Below, in pieces: positions 19,548 to 28,525 of a stretch of 64,000 nucleotides of DNA. The translations under genes and the position numbers were made by a program. The stretch covers positions 96,001 through 160,000 of the forward strand of contig JANVYQ010000003.1 of NCBI GenBank assembly GCA_030059675.1. Direction: 5' to 3'. The stretch comes from Candidatus Pelearchaeum maunauluense (GTDB taxonomy: Archaea > Thermoproteota > Nitrososphaeria_A > Caldarchaeales > Caldarchaeaceae). The notes under the pieces were generated by a model that saw only the letters and a program-made list of their open reading frames with translations, did not search any database and had not been told where the DNA came from. Position 1 is the stretch's first letter, and each line of letters opens with the position of its first letter.

Positions 19548-20136
19548 GCATGGGAGGCCGCGGATTGGTAAGAAGGGGATTAGAGCGTTAGGCATTGCTG
19601 AGAGCTTCCATAAGAAGCTGGGAAGCAGGGCAGTTCTCGCGGCAGTAGCCATGAGGTCAGACCTAGTTGTGGATGGCATGGCGTTAGGAACATGCACGGT
19701 AGGCGGGATGGACGCGACAGACAGCATAATAACGCTATGGAAAGCGATGGGCAGAGATGATATACAGCTAGTAATGCTCAACGGCTGCGTAATAAGCTGG
19801 TTCAACGTCATAGACCTAACGAGGCTCCACCAAGAGTTGAAGAGGCCAATAATATGCCTAACCTACGAAGAGTCTGCTGGAATAGAAAACTATTTTCGCA
19901 GATACTTCCCAGAAGACTGGGAGGAAAGGCTTAGGATACATTTGAGGAATGGTGAGCGGTGCAGCATAACACTCAAGACGGGTTTTGATGTCTTCATAAG
20001 GTCTCTAGGTATTGACGCGGATTATTCCAAGAAGGTCTTGGATAAGTTTACGCTTCATGGGAAGTATCCAGAGCCTATAAGGCTGGCTAAGATGGCTGCG
20101 CACTCGGTCTTGGAGATGCTTAGCCTAGGCGCATAG
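19534..20136 (+). CDS. DUF99 family protein (endonuclease V-like)
   Basis: LGIAESF, VGGMDATD, G..ISWFNVID, PEPIRLA. Confidence 0.85.
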   Translation: MQNTEHGRPRIGKKGIRALGIAESFHKKLGSRAVLAAVAMRSDLVVDGMALGTCTVGGMDATDSIITLWKAMGRDDIQLVMLNGCVISWFNVIDLTRLHQELKRPIICLTYEESAGIENYFRRYFPEDWEERLRIHLRNGERCSITLKTGFDVFIRSLGIDADYSKKVLDKFTLHGKYPEPIRLAKMAAHSVLEMLSLGA

Positions 20137-20138
20137 TC

Positions 20139-21422
20139 TTAGAGGAGAAGCTTGCCAGCTGCTACGCCTGCTTTGGCTCTCTCTTCGCTTGTCATAGAAA
20201 AAACATGCCTTAGCATGCTCTCATACGCGGTGGTCATACCCTTCTTACGCCTCTCCATCATCCGCCTAGCGGTTTTAATGGCCGAATCCAAGCAAAGCTC
20301 CCTGCTGCCAAATCCGATGGTCTCGCCATAGATTGTGAAGGATGGGACATCGCGCATAACTACGCCGTACAAGTGTGAAGAGACTCCTACTCTCTTGCCG
20401 CTGAATATCAACGTACCTATAGCGGTTTTGGCGTGGTCGCCTACGAAGCAGCCCACAAACATCCTACCAGTATCAATCTCTGCATCGCCTATGCGCATCT
20501 TGATTGTGCCGTAAGTGTTCTTCAGGTCTGAGTTGATTGTCCCAGCCCCTAGATTAACCCACTCGCCAACGTATGCGTGGCCTATGTAGCCGTGGTGCCG
20601 CTTATTGGAGTATGCGTGGAAGATTGTTGCCTCTACCTCGCCCCCAACACGGCATACATCGCCTATACTGCATCCCTCGCGTATCTGCGCTCCAAAGATG
20701 ATACAGCTCCGCCCTATGAATGAGGGCCCTGAAACCCGTGAAGGCGCGTGTACATACGTCTCCCTTCCCACGTAAATCGGCCCAACGCGCGCGTCTAGTA
20801 TTGTTCCAGACTCAATAAACGCGTCTCGTGCTACGTAGATGTTTCCCGCATCGCCGTATATCTTTACCCCATCATCTACATCGCCTTCCCACTCGCCGCC
20901 TTTAAACTCCTCGGCAACCAGCTTTCCGTTCATCTCAAAGAGCTCCCACGGGTATGTGAGGAGACACCCTTCATCAATCGTAAGCTTCTTACCTACTCGC
21001 TCAATTATGAGGCGGCTTACGTCGTGGCCGCTTGTTAGCGCTTTTCTCATCAGCTCATCCTCAAAACTCTCCTCGCCTAAATGTGCTGCAACTACTCTAT
21101 CGTTGCTGATTACCGCTATCCCCTTCTCGCTTAGTTTTCTAAAGATTTTATCTGGCAAGTTATTTGGAAGCAGAAGACCATTAACCAGAAGGGTTGAGTC
21201 ATCTATCCTGTCAAAATTATTTACTCTATTTCCATATTTCTCTACTTGTATAGGTTTTAGATACTCGCGGCAGAATAGGAGAATGTCTCCCTCATGTTCT
21301 ATCTTCTTCTCTATCTTCTGTATTATAGGGGATGTTCCTATGAAGAGCTCGTAGGTAGGTCTTGTGAGTGTTAGTGGTGAGAAGTTTGTTATTGTCTCGT
21401 CTTCAAAGATTGCAAGTCTCAT
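20139..21422 (-). CDS. Putative sugar nucleotidyltransferase with hexapeptide-repeat C-terminus (GlmU-like)
   Basis: FED....F.PLT.TRP, NK.H.GY.GH.YVGEWVNLGAGT.NSDLKNTY. Confidence 0.85.
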   Translation of the reverse strand: MRLAIFEDETITNFSPLTLTRPTYELFIGTSPIIQKIEKKIEHEGDILLFCREYLKPIQVEKYGNRVNNFDRIDDSTLLVNGLLLPNNLPDKIFRKLSEKGIAVISNDRVVAAHLGEESFEDELMRKALTSGHDVSRLIIERVGKKLTIDEGCLLTYPWELFEMNGKLVAEEFKGGEWEGDVDDGVKIYGDAGNIYVARDAFIESGTILDARVGPIYVGRETYVHAPSRVSGPSFIGRSCIIFGAQIREGCSIGDVCRVGGEVEATIFHAYSNKRHHGYIGHAYVGEWVNLGAGTINSDLKNTYGTIKMRIGDAEIDTGRMFVGCFVGDHAKTAIGTLIFSGKRVGVSSHLYGVVMRDVPSFTIYGETIGFGSRELCLDSAIKTARRMMERRKKGMTTAYESMLRHVFSMTSEERAKAGVAAGKLLL

Positions 21423-21478
21423 CTGTCCAGCACCCTTTATATGAGGAGGTTTGTAGGTTTTCAGCCTGTTGGCTGGAT

Positions 21479-22528
21479 TTAAATCCTTGAAGAGAGCCGC
21501 GTGTGGGGGGCTATGGTCATTTGAGGCAATTCCGCGCCGTTGAGCCTTAGTCCCGCGCCTATGTGCGCTCCCTCCCCAACTATAACGCTCCGCAGGCTAG
21601 CGCCATCATCTATAACAACATCCTCCAACACTATGGAGGACTCTATAACAACGTTAGCTCCTATCCTAACGTTATCACCTATGAATGATGGTCCTATAAC
21701 TGTTGAGCCGCTGCCTATGCGTGTCCCTTCACCTATGATGCAGGGGCCCGCTAGTTTGGTATCCTTACCCATGTAACATGGCCGCTTAAGGCTTACTTTA
21801 CTTCCCAGCCTGCGTGTTAGGAAATAGGCGTTGGCCTGGAGGTAGCTTGGTGGGCTTCCCACATCAAACCACCAATCCCCAGAATCCACATAAACCCCTA
21901 TCCTCCTGCCGCTTTCAGCCATTATGTTAAGCGCGTCAGTAAGCTCATACTCCCCGCGCGGAGATGGCTTCAGACTCTTAACCACATCTAAGGTCTCAGA
22001 TGGAAGTATATAGACACCGCTATTGACTGGGCCGCTTTCACCCGCCTTCTCTAGGATGCGCTCCAGAATGTTATTGCTGGCTCGTATTATGCCGAAACGC
22101 TGGCCTGAGTCAACCCTAACACCCATGAGTGAGCCATCGTATTTGCCGCTTCTATGAAATTCAATAAGCCGCTCCAGAGCTTCTGGCGTGAGTGTTATAT
22201 CCCCATAAACTACCAGGAACTCCCTGACGTCGCTTAGATATTCTGAAGCAGCCGCCAACGCGTGGCCTGTTCCCAGAGTCTTCTCTTGATGGATAAACCT
22301 AATGTCAAGGTCTTTAGCCCTCTCGCCCACCAGAGCCATAACCTTCTCGGAGAGGTAGTTTATGATTATTCCAACCTCCCTCACTCCTGCGTGGCGTAGG
22401 GCGTCAAGCACCATGAGTATAACTGGTCTTCCAGCTACTGGGAGGAGAGGCTTAGACCTAGTATCGCTAAGCGGCCTTATGCGCTTGCCCAGGCCTGCCG
22501 CGAAGACAACAGCCTTCAAAGCCATCAC
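21479..22528 (-). CDS. NDP-sugar synthase / sugar-phosphate nucleotidyltransferase
   Basis: AAGLGKRIRPLS..RSKPLLP, SPRGEYELTD, hexapeptide repeats. Confidence 0.88.
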   Translation of the reverse strand: MMALKAVVFAAGLGKRIRPLSDTRSKPLLPVAGRPVILMVLDALRHAGVREVGIIINYLSEKVMALVGERAKDLDIRFIHQEKTLGTGHALAAASEYLSDVREFLVVYGDITLTPEALERLIEFHRSGKYDGSLMGVRVDSGQRFGIIRASNNILERILEKAGESGPVNSGVYILPSETLDVVKSLKPSPRGEYELTDALNIMAESGRRIGVYVDSGDWWFDVGSPPSYLQANAYFLTRRLGSKVSLKRPCYMGKDTKLAGPCIIGEGTRIGSGSTVIGPSFIGDNVRIGANVVIESSIVLEDVVIDDGASLRSVIVGEGAHIGAGLRLNGAELPQMTIAPHTRLSSRI

Positions 22529-22599
22529 ATCTAAAAGGAGGCCTTAACCGCTAACCTACTAATCTTCCCCAGCATATTAACCATGTCAGTAGAAGCGGC

Positions 22600-23625
22600 A
22601 TGACTCTCATATTCGTCGGCCTCGGTTTAGGCGTCCCACCTCACCTGACTCTTGAAGCCCTAGAGGTAATACGGTCAGCCGACAGGCTCATCCTAGATTC
22701 TTATACCAGCATAATCCCCGACGCTCTCATACAGTTCATCAAGAGGGAAGCGGGAGATAGGTTGAGAATAGCTGAGCGCAGCCTGCTGGAGGAGAGAAGC
22801 GGTGAAGTCTTGGAAGAAGCCTCACGCGGGGAAGTCGCCATACTAGTGCCAGGAGACCCCTTCATAGCCACAACCCACCAATCTCTAAAAACCGAGGCGC
22901 TAAAACGAAAAATCAAAGTGAGGGTTGTTCATGGTCTATCCATCTTCACAGCAGCAATAAGCGCTTCAGGCCTTCACATATACAAGTTCGGGAGAACAGC
23001 AACAATACCGAAGACCAACAACGTTAAGCTCATGTCGCAGCCATACAACGTGCTGGCCGAAAACCTATCACGGGGTCTTCATACACTCTTCCTCCTAGAC
23101 ACGGCCGAAGGGGGAGTTAGCGTCGGCGAAGCCCTAAACCTACTACTCAGCGCCGAGGAAGAGTTTGGCAGGGGAGTAGTGAGGAGAGACTCACTGGTGA
23201 TAGCGCTCAGCCGCGTGGGTTATGGAGATTCTAGAACAGTAGCTGGAAGCATAAGCTCGGTAGCAAACCTAATACCCCAACAACCACCCCATACACTAAT
23301 CTTCCCAGGAGAACTACACTTCACAGAAAAAGAAGCCGTAAAGGCCTACTCAATAGACGCTGAGCTAGTAGAGAGACACACCCCATCCGATTACGTTAAG
23401 GAGAGAATAGAGCGATACGTGGGAAAATGCAGACGCGTAATAGATACGGTTATTGAACAGAGAGCAGCAGACAAGGATTTCATATCCTACGTAGAGGCAT
23501 ACGTAGAGGATAGCCAGCGCTTCATGATGGCGGGAGACTATACAAACGCTCTCCTAGCAATAGGCTATGCCGAGGGGTTGCTGGATGCTCTCAAGCTCCT
23601 GGGGAGGGCGAGGTTTGAATGGTGA
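22600..23625 (+). CDS. dph5: Diphthine synthase with C-terminal DUF357 domain
   Basis: VGLGL, DSYTS, PGDPFIATTH, GLHIYKFGRT.TIP, GLHTLFLLD; tail Y.ED..F..GD...AL.AI.YAEGLLDA. Confidence 0.92.
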   Translation: MTLIFVGLGLGVPPHLTLEALEVIRSADRLILDSYTSIIPDALIQFIKREAGDRLRIAERSLLEERSGEVLEEASRGEVAILVPGDPFIATTHQSLKTEALKRKIKVRVVHGLSIFTAAISASGLHIYKFGRTATIPKTNNVKLMSQPYNVLAENLSRGLHTLFLLDTAEGGVSVGEALNLLLSAEEEFGRGVVRRDSLVIALSRVGYGDSRTVAGSISSVANLIPQQPPHTLIFPGELHFTEKEAVKAYSIDAELVERHTPSDYVKERIERYVGKCRRVIDTVIEQRAADKDFISYVEAYVEDSQRFMMAGDYTNALLAIGYAEGLLDALKLLGRARFEW

Positions 23626-24077
23626 AGAAGAGAAAAACAATACTCACCACAGGCGCATTTGACATAATACACCCAGGCCACGTAAGCATGCTCTGGGCTG
23701 CAAAAAAGCTGGGAGGAAGAAACGCAAGACTAGTCGTAGTAATTGCAAGAAACGAGACGGTGAAAAGAAACAAAAACCGCGAACCAGTCTTCGACGAGAA
23801 GCTCAGAAGAGCAATAGTCGAGAACCTAAAACCAGTTGATAAAGCAATACTCGGCTTCAAGCCCTTCTCATTCGAGAAGGTAATCAAGAAGATCAAACCA
23901 GACATGGTCGTGTTCGGCTACGACCAGACAGAGCTCAGGAAGAGCTTCGAGAAATTCTGTAAGGATAGGGGGTTAAAGATTAGGGTTGTGACTGTTAGGA
24001 AGTTTGGAGGAAGGGGAATAAATAGCAGTAGTGATGTTTTCAAGCGTATTCTTGAGATGGGCAGGCGGGCTAGGTAA
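23619..24077 (+). CDS. ribL: Archaeal FAD synthase
   Basis: GAFDIIHPGH, LVVVIAR, GYDQ, SSS; next to riboflavin kinase. Confidence 0.85.
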   Translation: MVKKRKTILTTGAFDIIHPGHVSMLWAAKKLGGRNARLVVVIARNETVKRNKNREPVFDEKLRRAIVENLKPVDKAILGFKPFSFEKVIKKIKPDMVVFGYDQTELRKSFEKFCKDRGLKIRVVTVRKFGGRGINSSSDVFKRILEMGRRAR

Positions 24078-24804
24078 CAGGAGGCTGTGCTGGAGCTTTT
24101 GTTTTTGTGAAGTTTTCAAAGAAGGTGGATGGAGGTATAACAACCGTTAGCTTAACCTTATCCCCGTCTTTGAGGCCGAGCTTACCACGTAGATAAGGCT
24201 CTGCAATAACCTCCAGTACAGAGTTATCGTACTGCGTCCTCTCCACAAACAGTATAGCGACATCCTCAGTATCGTTCAGCACGGCTTTAATCGCCTTAGC
24301 GCCTCCGTATGTGCGCTTCTCATCCCTAAACCCATGTATCTCAATAGGCGCCAGACGCTGCAACAGGTGGCGGTTCTCTATAGAGTCGCGCGAAAGTAAG
24401 CTAATGTTCAGCGTGCCTGGATAGGCCTTGAAGCCCAGCTTCTCCTCTATCTGCTTCGCATAGCCAGGAAGGCTTATGTAGTAAGCCCCCTCGCCCAGGC
24501 CTGTGAATACCCTGCCCTCAAGCGTGATATTTACAGGCCTCTCAAAAATCGCCTTTAGAGAGAGGTAAACCTCCCTTAGCTGGGATAGTCCCTTCTCGGT
24601 TATCTTAACGTAGCTGGTTCTGCCTACTATCCGCCTCTCTATGAATCCCTCCTTCTCCAGCTGTATGAGCAGCCTTGATGCAGACTGCTGTGAGGTTCCG
24701 AGATATTTTGAGAGCATGGGGGTTGTCATCTTCAGACTATTGGTGAACGCGTCCCGCTCAGCTAGAAAGATTAGAACCCGCTCTTTAAAGGAAAGCAGCT
24801 GCAT
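24070..24804 (-). CDS. ribK: CTP-dependent riboflavin kinase with N-terminal winged helix (RbkR type)
   Basis: SQQSASR HTH; G.V.TGLGEG.YY, LGF..YPGTLN, ERT.Y, LR.KL.LKDGD. Confidence 0.92.
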   Translation of the reverse strand: MQLLSFKERVLIFLAERDAFTNSLKMTTPMLSKYLGTSQQSASRLLIQLEKEGFIERRIVGRTSYVKITEKGLSQLREVYLSLKAIFERPVNITLEGRVFTGLGEGAYYISLPGYAKQIEEKLGFKAYPGTLNISLLSRDSIENRHLLQRLAPIEIHGFRDEKRTYGGAKAIKAVLNDTEDVAILFVERTQYDNSVLEVIAEPYLRGKLGLKDGDKVKLTVVIPPSTFFENFTKTKAPAQPPVT

Positions 24805-24903
24805 CCCCCTTAGAAGTTATGGTACGCGCCCCAGCTTTTAAGGTTGAAACGCCCATTACGATTTATAAAACCAACGAATCAGAAGGGGAAGGATTGGAAA
24901 ACA

Positions 24904-25509
24904 TCAAACGGTTAATGTCTCGTTTATTTTAAGCCCCTCACTCGTGTATAGGAGGATATCTATACCATTACCGCTCCCAGCGTCGCGCGCTATTGAGGAG
25001 CGTATGGCCTTCACCGCCAAGTTATAGAGCTCCTCAGATGTCATATCCTTCTTATACTCGTTCTCAATAACGCCTACCGCTATCTCTGCGCCTGTTCCAA
25101 CAACAGCGTAGTCGTCCTCTATTATTGAGCCTAGTGGGTCTAGAACTATTACATGCGTCCCCTTATCATCAAGCCCGCCTACTATCGTCTCGGTGAAGTA
25201 TGGGAAGAAGCGGCTGCTGAAGAGTTGCCAGGAAAGTAGCTTAGCTACTGTCTGCACGGATGGCTCTGTCCTGTTCTCAATCCTGTATAGGTTTACTATG
25301 GCGGTGGCCTCCTTAACTAGGTTCTGCATGTCAGCCACAACGCCTGCGCATGCTGCTCCTATCTTCTTGCTGACTGGGAAGACCTTCCTAGCTGATTTGG
25401 ACAGAACAAAATAACCATATGCGAACCTCTTTTCAGATGCTAGGACTACGCTATCCTTCCCAGCTATCCCGACCGTAGTAGCCCCTGGGAGGAAGATTGG
25501 CTGCGACAA
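24904..25509 (-). CDS. psmB: Proteasome beta subunit
   Basis: Short propeptide then GA|TTVGI, AG.VAD, GTG, RDAGSGNG. Confidence 0.93.
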   Translation of the reverse strand: MSQPIFLPGATTVGIAGKDSVVLASEKRFAYGYFVLSKSARKVFPVSKKIGAACAGVVADMQNLVKEATAIVNLYRIENRTEPSVQTVAKLLSWQLFSSRFFPYFTETIVGGLDDKGTHVIVLDPLGSIIEDDYAVVGTGAEIAVGVIENEYKKDMTSEELYNLAVKAIRSSIARDAGSGNGIDILLYTSEGLKINETLTV

Positions 25510-25611
25510 GGTTCTGTTCCACCTGCTCGCGGTTATCGTCGTTAACGCCCTACTTAACCTTAATCCCTTGACATGCTTAAATGGTCTGGTTTATGTAGCT
25601 GGCTGTTGGGG

Positions 25612-26703
25612 ATGGCTCCGAGGGTTCTCTCGGTTGACGGCTCTATAGGCGAGGGGGGTGGGCAGGTTCTTCGCGTGGCCGTGGCGCTGGCCGCGGTCTT
25701 GGGATGCCAGCTTAGGGTGTTTAACATAAGAGCGCGCCGCAGCCCTCCTGGACTTAGGGCGCAGCACCTAACAGCGGTAAAGGCTGTCGCATCCCTCGCC
25801 GACGGGCGCGTAGAGGGCCTGAAAGTAGGCTCAACCCAAATCTCTTTTGAGCCAGGTGAGCTGAGTGGGGGTAGGATGGAGTTTGACGCGGGTACCGCTG
25901 GTAGTACGACGCTAATACTCCAGTCTCTCATGCCTGTCATGGCGTTTGCTGGCTCGCCTGTTGATGTTGTTTTGAGGGGCGGGACCAACAACCCCATGGC
26001 CCCTCCCTACGAGTATCTTGAAAACGTCCTCCTTCCCGTGCTTCGTGAAATGGGGTTTGACGCCACACTTAAGCTGCATAGGCGCGGCTTCTACCCTAGG
26101 GGCCAAGGAGTAATCTCGGCCCACTCAAAGCCCGTGGATGTTCTTAAGCCAGTGAAGCTGGTTGGGAAGGCGCGCGTGGTGAAGATCACGGGTCTGAGCT
26201 ATAGCTGTAGGCTGCCTGAGCACATAACTCAGCGTATGGCGCGTTCCGCTGAGCAGCTGTTAAAGCGGAACGGCTACGATGATGTGAGCATAGCTACTGA
26301 GGCCTTAACGCCTGAGAACCCGCGGTGCGCGCCAGACCCTGGAACGGGGATTATACTATTCGCTCACACGGATTTGGGTACTTTGCTGGCCGTGGATAAG
26401 CTGGGTGAGCGCGGCGTTCCCGCTGAGCGTGTGGGTGAGGAGGCTGCGCGCGGTCTCATGGAGGAGATGCAAGCAAGGGCGCCTGTTGATAGCCATCTGG
26501 GGGACCAGTTGGTTGTTTGGACCGCCCTTGCCGCTGGTGAGTCTGAGTATGAGGTGAGCCGTATAACAAGCCACACGCTTACTAGCGTTGAGGTTTGCAG
26601 ACAGCTTACTGGGGCTGTTTTCGAGGTTGATGGAAGGCTGGGTGAGCGTGGCCTGGTTAGGTGTAGGGGAATAGGGCTGAGGAGAGGGGCAGCGTCTGAC
26701 TAG
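25612..26703 (+). CDS. rtcA: RNA 3'-terminal phosphate cyclase
   Basis: DGSIGEGGGQVLR, PGLRAQH, RGFYPRG, DSHLGDQL; ATG at 25612 preferred over the track start 25573. Confidence 0.93.
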   Translation: MAPRVLSVDGSIGEGGGQVLRVAVALAAVLGCQLRVFNIRARRSPPGLRAQHLTAVKAVASLADGRVEGLKVGSTQISFEPGELSGGRMEFDAGTAGSTTLILQSLMPVMAFAGSPVDVVLRGGTNNPMAPPYEYLENVLLPVLREMGFDATLKLHRRGFYPRGQGVISAHSKPVDVLKPVKLVGKARVVKITGLSYSCRLPEHITQRMARSAEQLLKRNGYDDVSIATEALTPENPRCAPDPGTGIILFAHTDLGTLLAVDKLGERGVPAERVGEEAARGLMEEMQARAPVDSHLGDQLVVWTALAAGESEYEVSRITSHTLTSVEVCRQLTGAVFEVDGRLGERGLVRCRGIGLRRGAASD

Positions 26704-26766
26704 CTTTTCTGGCCATGGATAACATCTTTAAACTACCCTTTACGCGGCACGGCTGGGGGCTCGCCT

Positions 26767-27303
26767 ATCACGAGCAGGGGTCTATTTATAGGGCGTTTCC
26801 AACCGTTCCACCTAGGGCATCTGGAGGCAGTGAAGTATATCCTCTCTAGGGAGGATGAAGTTATTATAGGTGTGGGGAGTGCGCAGTATAGCCATACGTT
26901 TGAAAATCCCCTAACGGCTGGTGAGAGGATTGAGGTGATTTATAGGACTCTCAAGGCTTCTGGCGTGGATTTGGGGAGGTGCTTCATCACGCCCATACCA
27001 GACCTGGGAGAGCATATGCTCTGGGTTTCTAGGGTTCGCTCTTTCTGCCCTCCTTTTCAGACGGTCTATAGCAACAATCCGCTCGTTGCGCGGCTCTTCA
27101 GCGAGGCGGGCTACCAGATAAGGCCTGTTCCCCTGTTTGAGCGGGAGAAATATATGGCGACTGAGATAAGGAAGAAAATAGCCAAAGGCGACGATTGGCG
27201 TAGCTTAGTTCATCCAGCTGCTTATGAGTATCTGGTGAGTATAGGTCTGAGTGAGAGGATTAGATACATACTTGCTGACGACCGCTCGAGCGGGGGAGGA
27301 TGA
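26767..27303 (+). CDS. nadM: Nicotinamide-nucleotide adenylyltransferase
   Basis: Frame extends upstream of the track GTG to RGLFIGRFQPFHLGH; also GSAQ.SH...NP.T.GER, S.NPLV, MATEIR; start codon uncertain (ATC at 26767?). Confidence 0.9.
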   Translation: MTSRGLFIGRFQPFHLGHLEAVKYILSREDEVIIGVGSAQYSHTFENPLTAGERIEVIYRTLKASGVDLGRCFITPIPDLGEHMLWVSRVRSFCPPFQTVYSNNPLVARLFSEAGYQIRPVPLFEREKYMATEIRKKIAKGDDWRSLVHPAAYEYLVSIGLSERIRYILADDRSSGGG

Positions 27304-28084
27304 GCCTAATCTTATCGCCTGACCTGACACGATATTTATGCGCTGCATTCCCCATGTTTATCGCGAGCTCAAGGTAGCCTGTGCCGCCTATCACTAGGGC
27401 GGGCTTTCCGCGCTCCACGTAGCCGTATGATGGGACGAATGGGGCGGTAATTCCCTTTCCCTTGATGAGAATCTTAGCCCTTTTATTCTTCATGGAAATC
27501 TCGCTGTGGTGGATGTTTGTTATTATGTTTCCGAACTTATCAACCCTGAGAACAACAGCTCTTATCTCATTCCCATTATACTCTGGCTTTGGTATCTCAA
27601 TCCTGGCGTACTCAAATGTCCGTCTAGCGAAGCTTTCTATGTCCTCGCCCTTGACTATCCTTCCAGCAACCTCCGCAAATACATCCCTACCATGAAACGT
27701 TTCAGAGAACCGCGCTGGCAGCTTTGATGAATCTATCCACCACGCTTCTATAATCTCCTCAGACGAGGCCGCGGGATACATTACCCCCGTATCAGGCCCT
27801 ATGAAGACGTTCCCACGTTTAGTGATGAAGACTATTCCCCTCCTCTCAGTGCCTACCTTCGGGTCTACAACGCAGATGAAGATTGTATTCTCTGGGAAGC
27901 TTTTGGCGGCTTCCTTTAGTAGAAACGCAGCCTCAAACTCGTTGAAGCTCTCAACCTCATGAGTTATATCCACCAGCTGCACATCCCTTCTGTGGCGTAG
28001 TATGACCGCCTTAAGCTCGCTCACATAGGTATCGCGATAACCGTAGTCGGTCATCAAGGCTATTATAGGCCGCTCCATAGCCAT
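27260..28084 (-). CDS. SAM hydroxide adenosyltransferase / chlorinase-fluorinase family (DUF62)
   Basis: TDYG..D.YV, VVDP.VGT.R, GPD.G, S.TFHGRDVF, DKFGN. Confidence 0.9.
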   Translation of the reverse strand: MAMERPIIALMTDYGYRDTYVSELKAVILRHRRDVQLVDITHEVESFNEFEAAFLLKEAAKSFPENTIFICVVDPKVGTERRGIVFITKRGNVFIGPDTGVMYPAASSEEIIEAWWIDSSKLPARFSETFHGRDVFAEVAGRIVKGEDIESFARRTFEYARIEIPKPEYNGNEIRAVVLRVDKFGNIITNIHHSEISMKNKRAKILIKGKGITAPFVPSYGYVERGKPALVIGGTGYLELAINMGNAAHKYRVRSGDKIRLILPRSSGRQQVCI

Positions 28085-28161
28085 CTCCGAGTCTTGATAA
28101 AAGCCCTATGAATAAAGCTAGTGGTATGCTTTTATGGAGAGGCTCATAGGGGTAGGGAGCC

Positions 28162-28515
28162 TTGGGGCTTAAGCAGTGTATCGTCATACGTCGGGACCTT
28201 AGGATGAGTGTGGGCAAGACCGCTGCCCAGGCTGCTCATGCATCGGTGTCGGCGCTTGAAGAGGCTAGGCGGACGCGGCCTGAGTGGGTTAGGCTATGGC
28301 TTGCGGAAGGGCAGAAAAAGATAGTCCTAAAGGCCGATACAGCTGAGGAGATTAAGGAATTGGCGCAACTATGCGATGTGCGCGGAATCCCCTACAGCGT
28401 TGTCCAAGACGCTGGACTTACAGAACTACCGCCTGGAACTATAACAGCTTTAGGCATAGGGCCAGCCCCAGAAGAGATTCTTGAACCAATAACTGGGAAG
28501 CTTAAGCTCCTCTAG
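28162..28515 (+). CDS. pth2: Peptidyl-tRNA hydrolase Pth2
   Basis: DL.MS.GK.AAQAAHA, GQKKIVL, DAGLTE, GIGP, TGKLKLL. Confidence 0.95.
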   Translation: MGLKQCIVIRRDLRMSVGKTAAQAAHASVSALEEARRTRPEWVRLWLAEGQKKIVLKADTAEEIKELAQLCDVRGIPYSVVQDAGLTELPPGTITALGIGPAPEEILEPITGKLKLL

Positions 28516-28525
28516 TGAGGACTGC

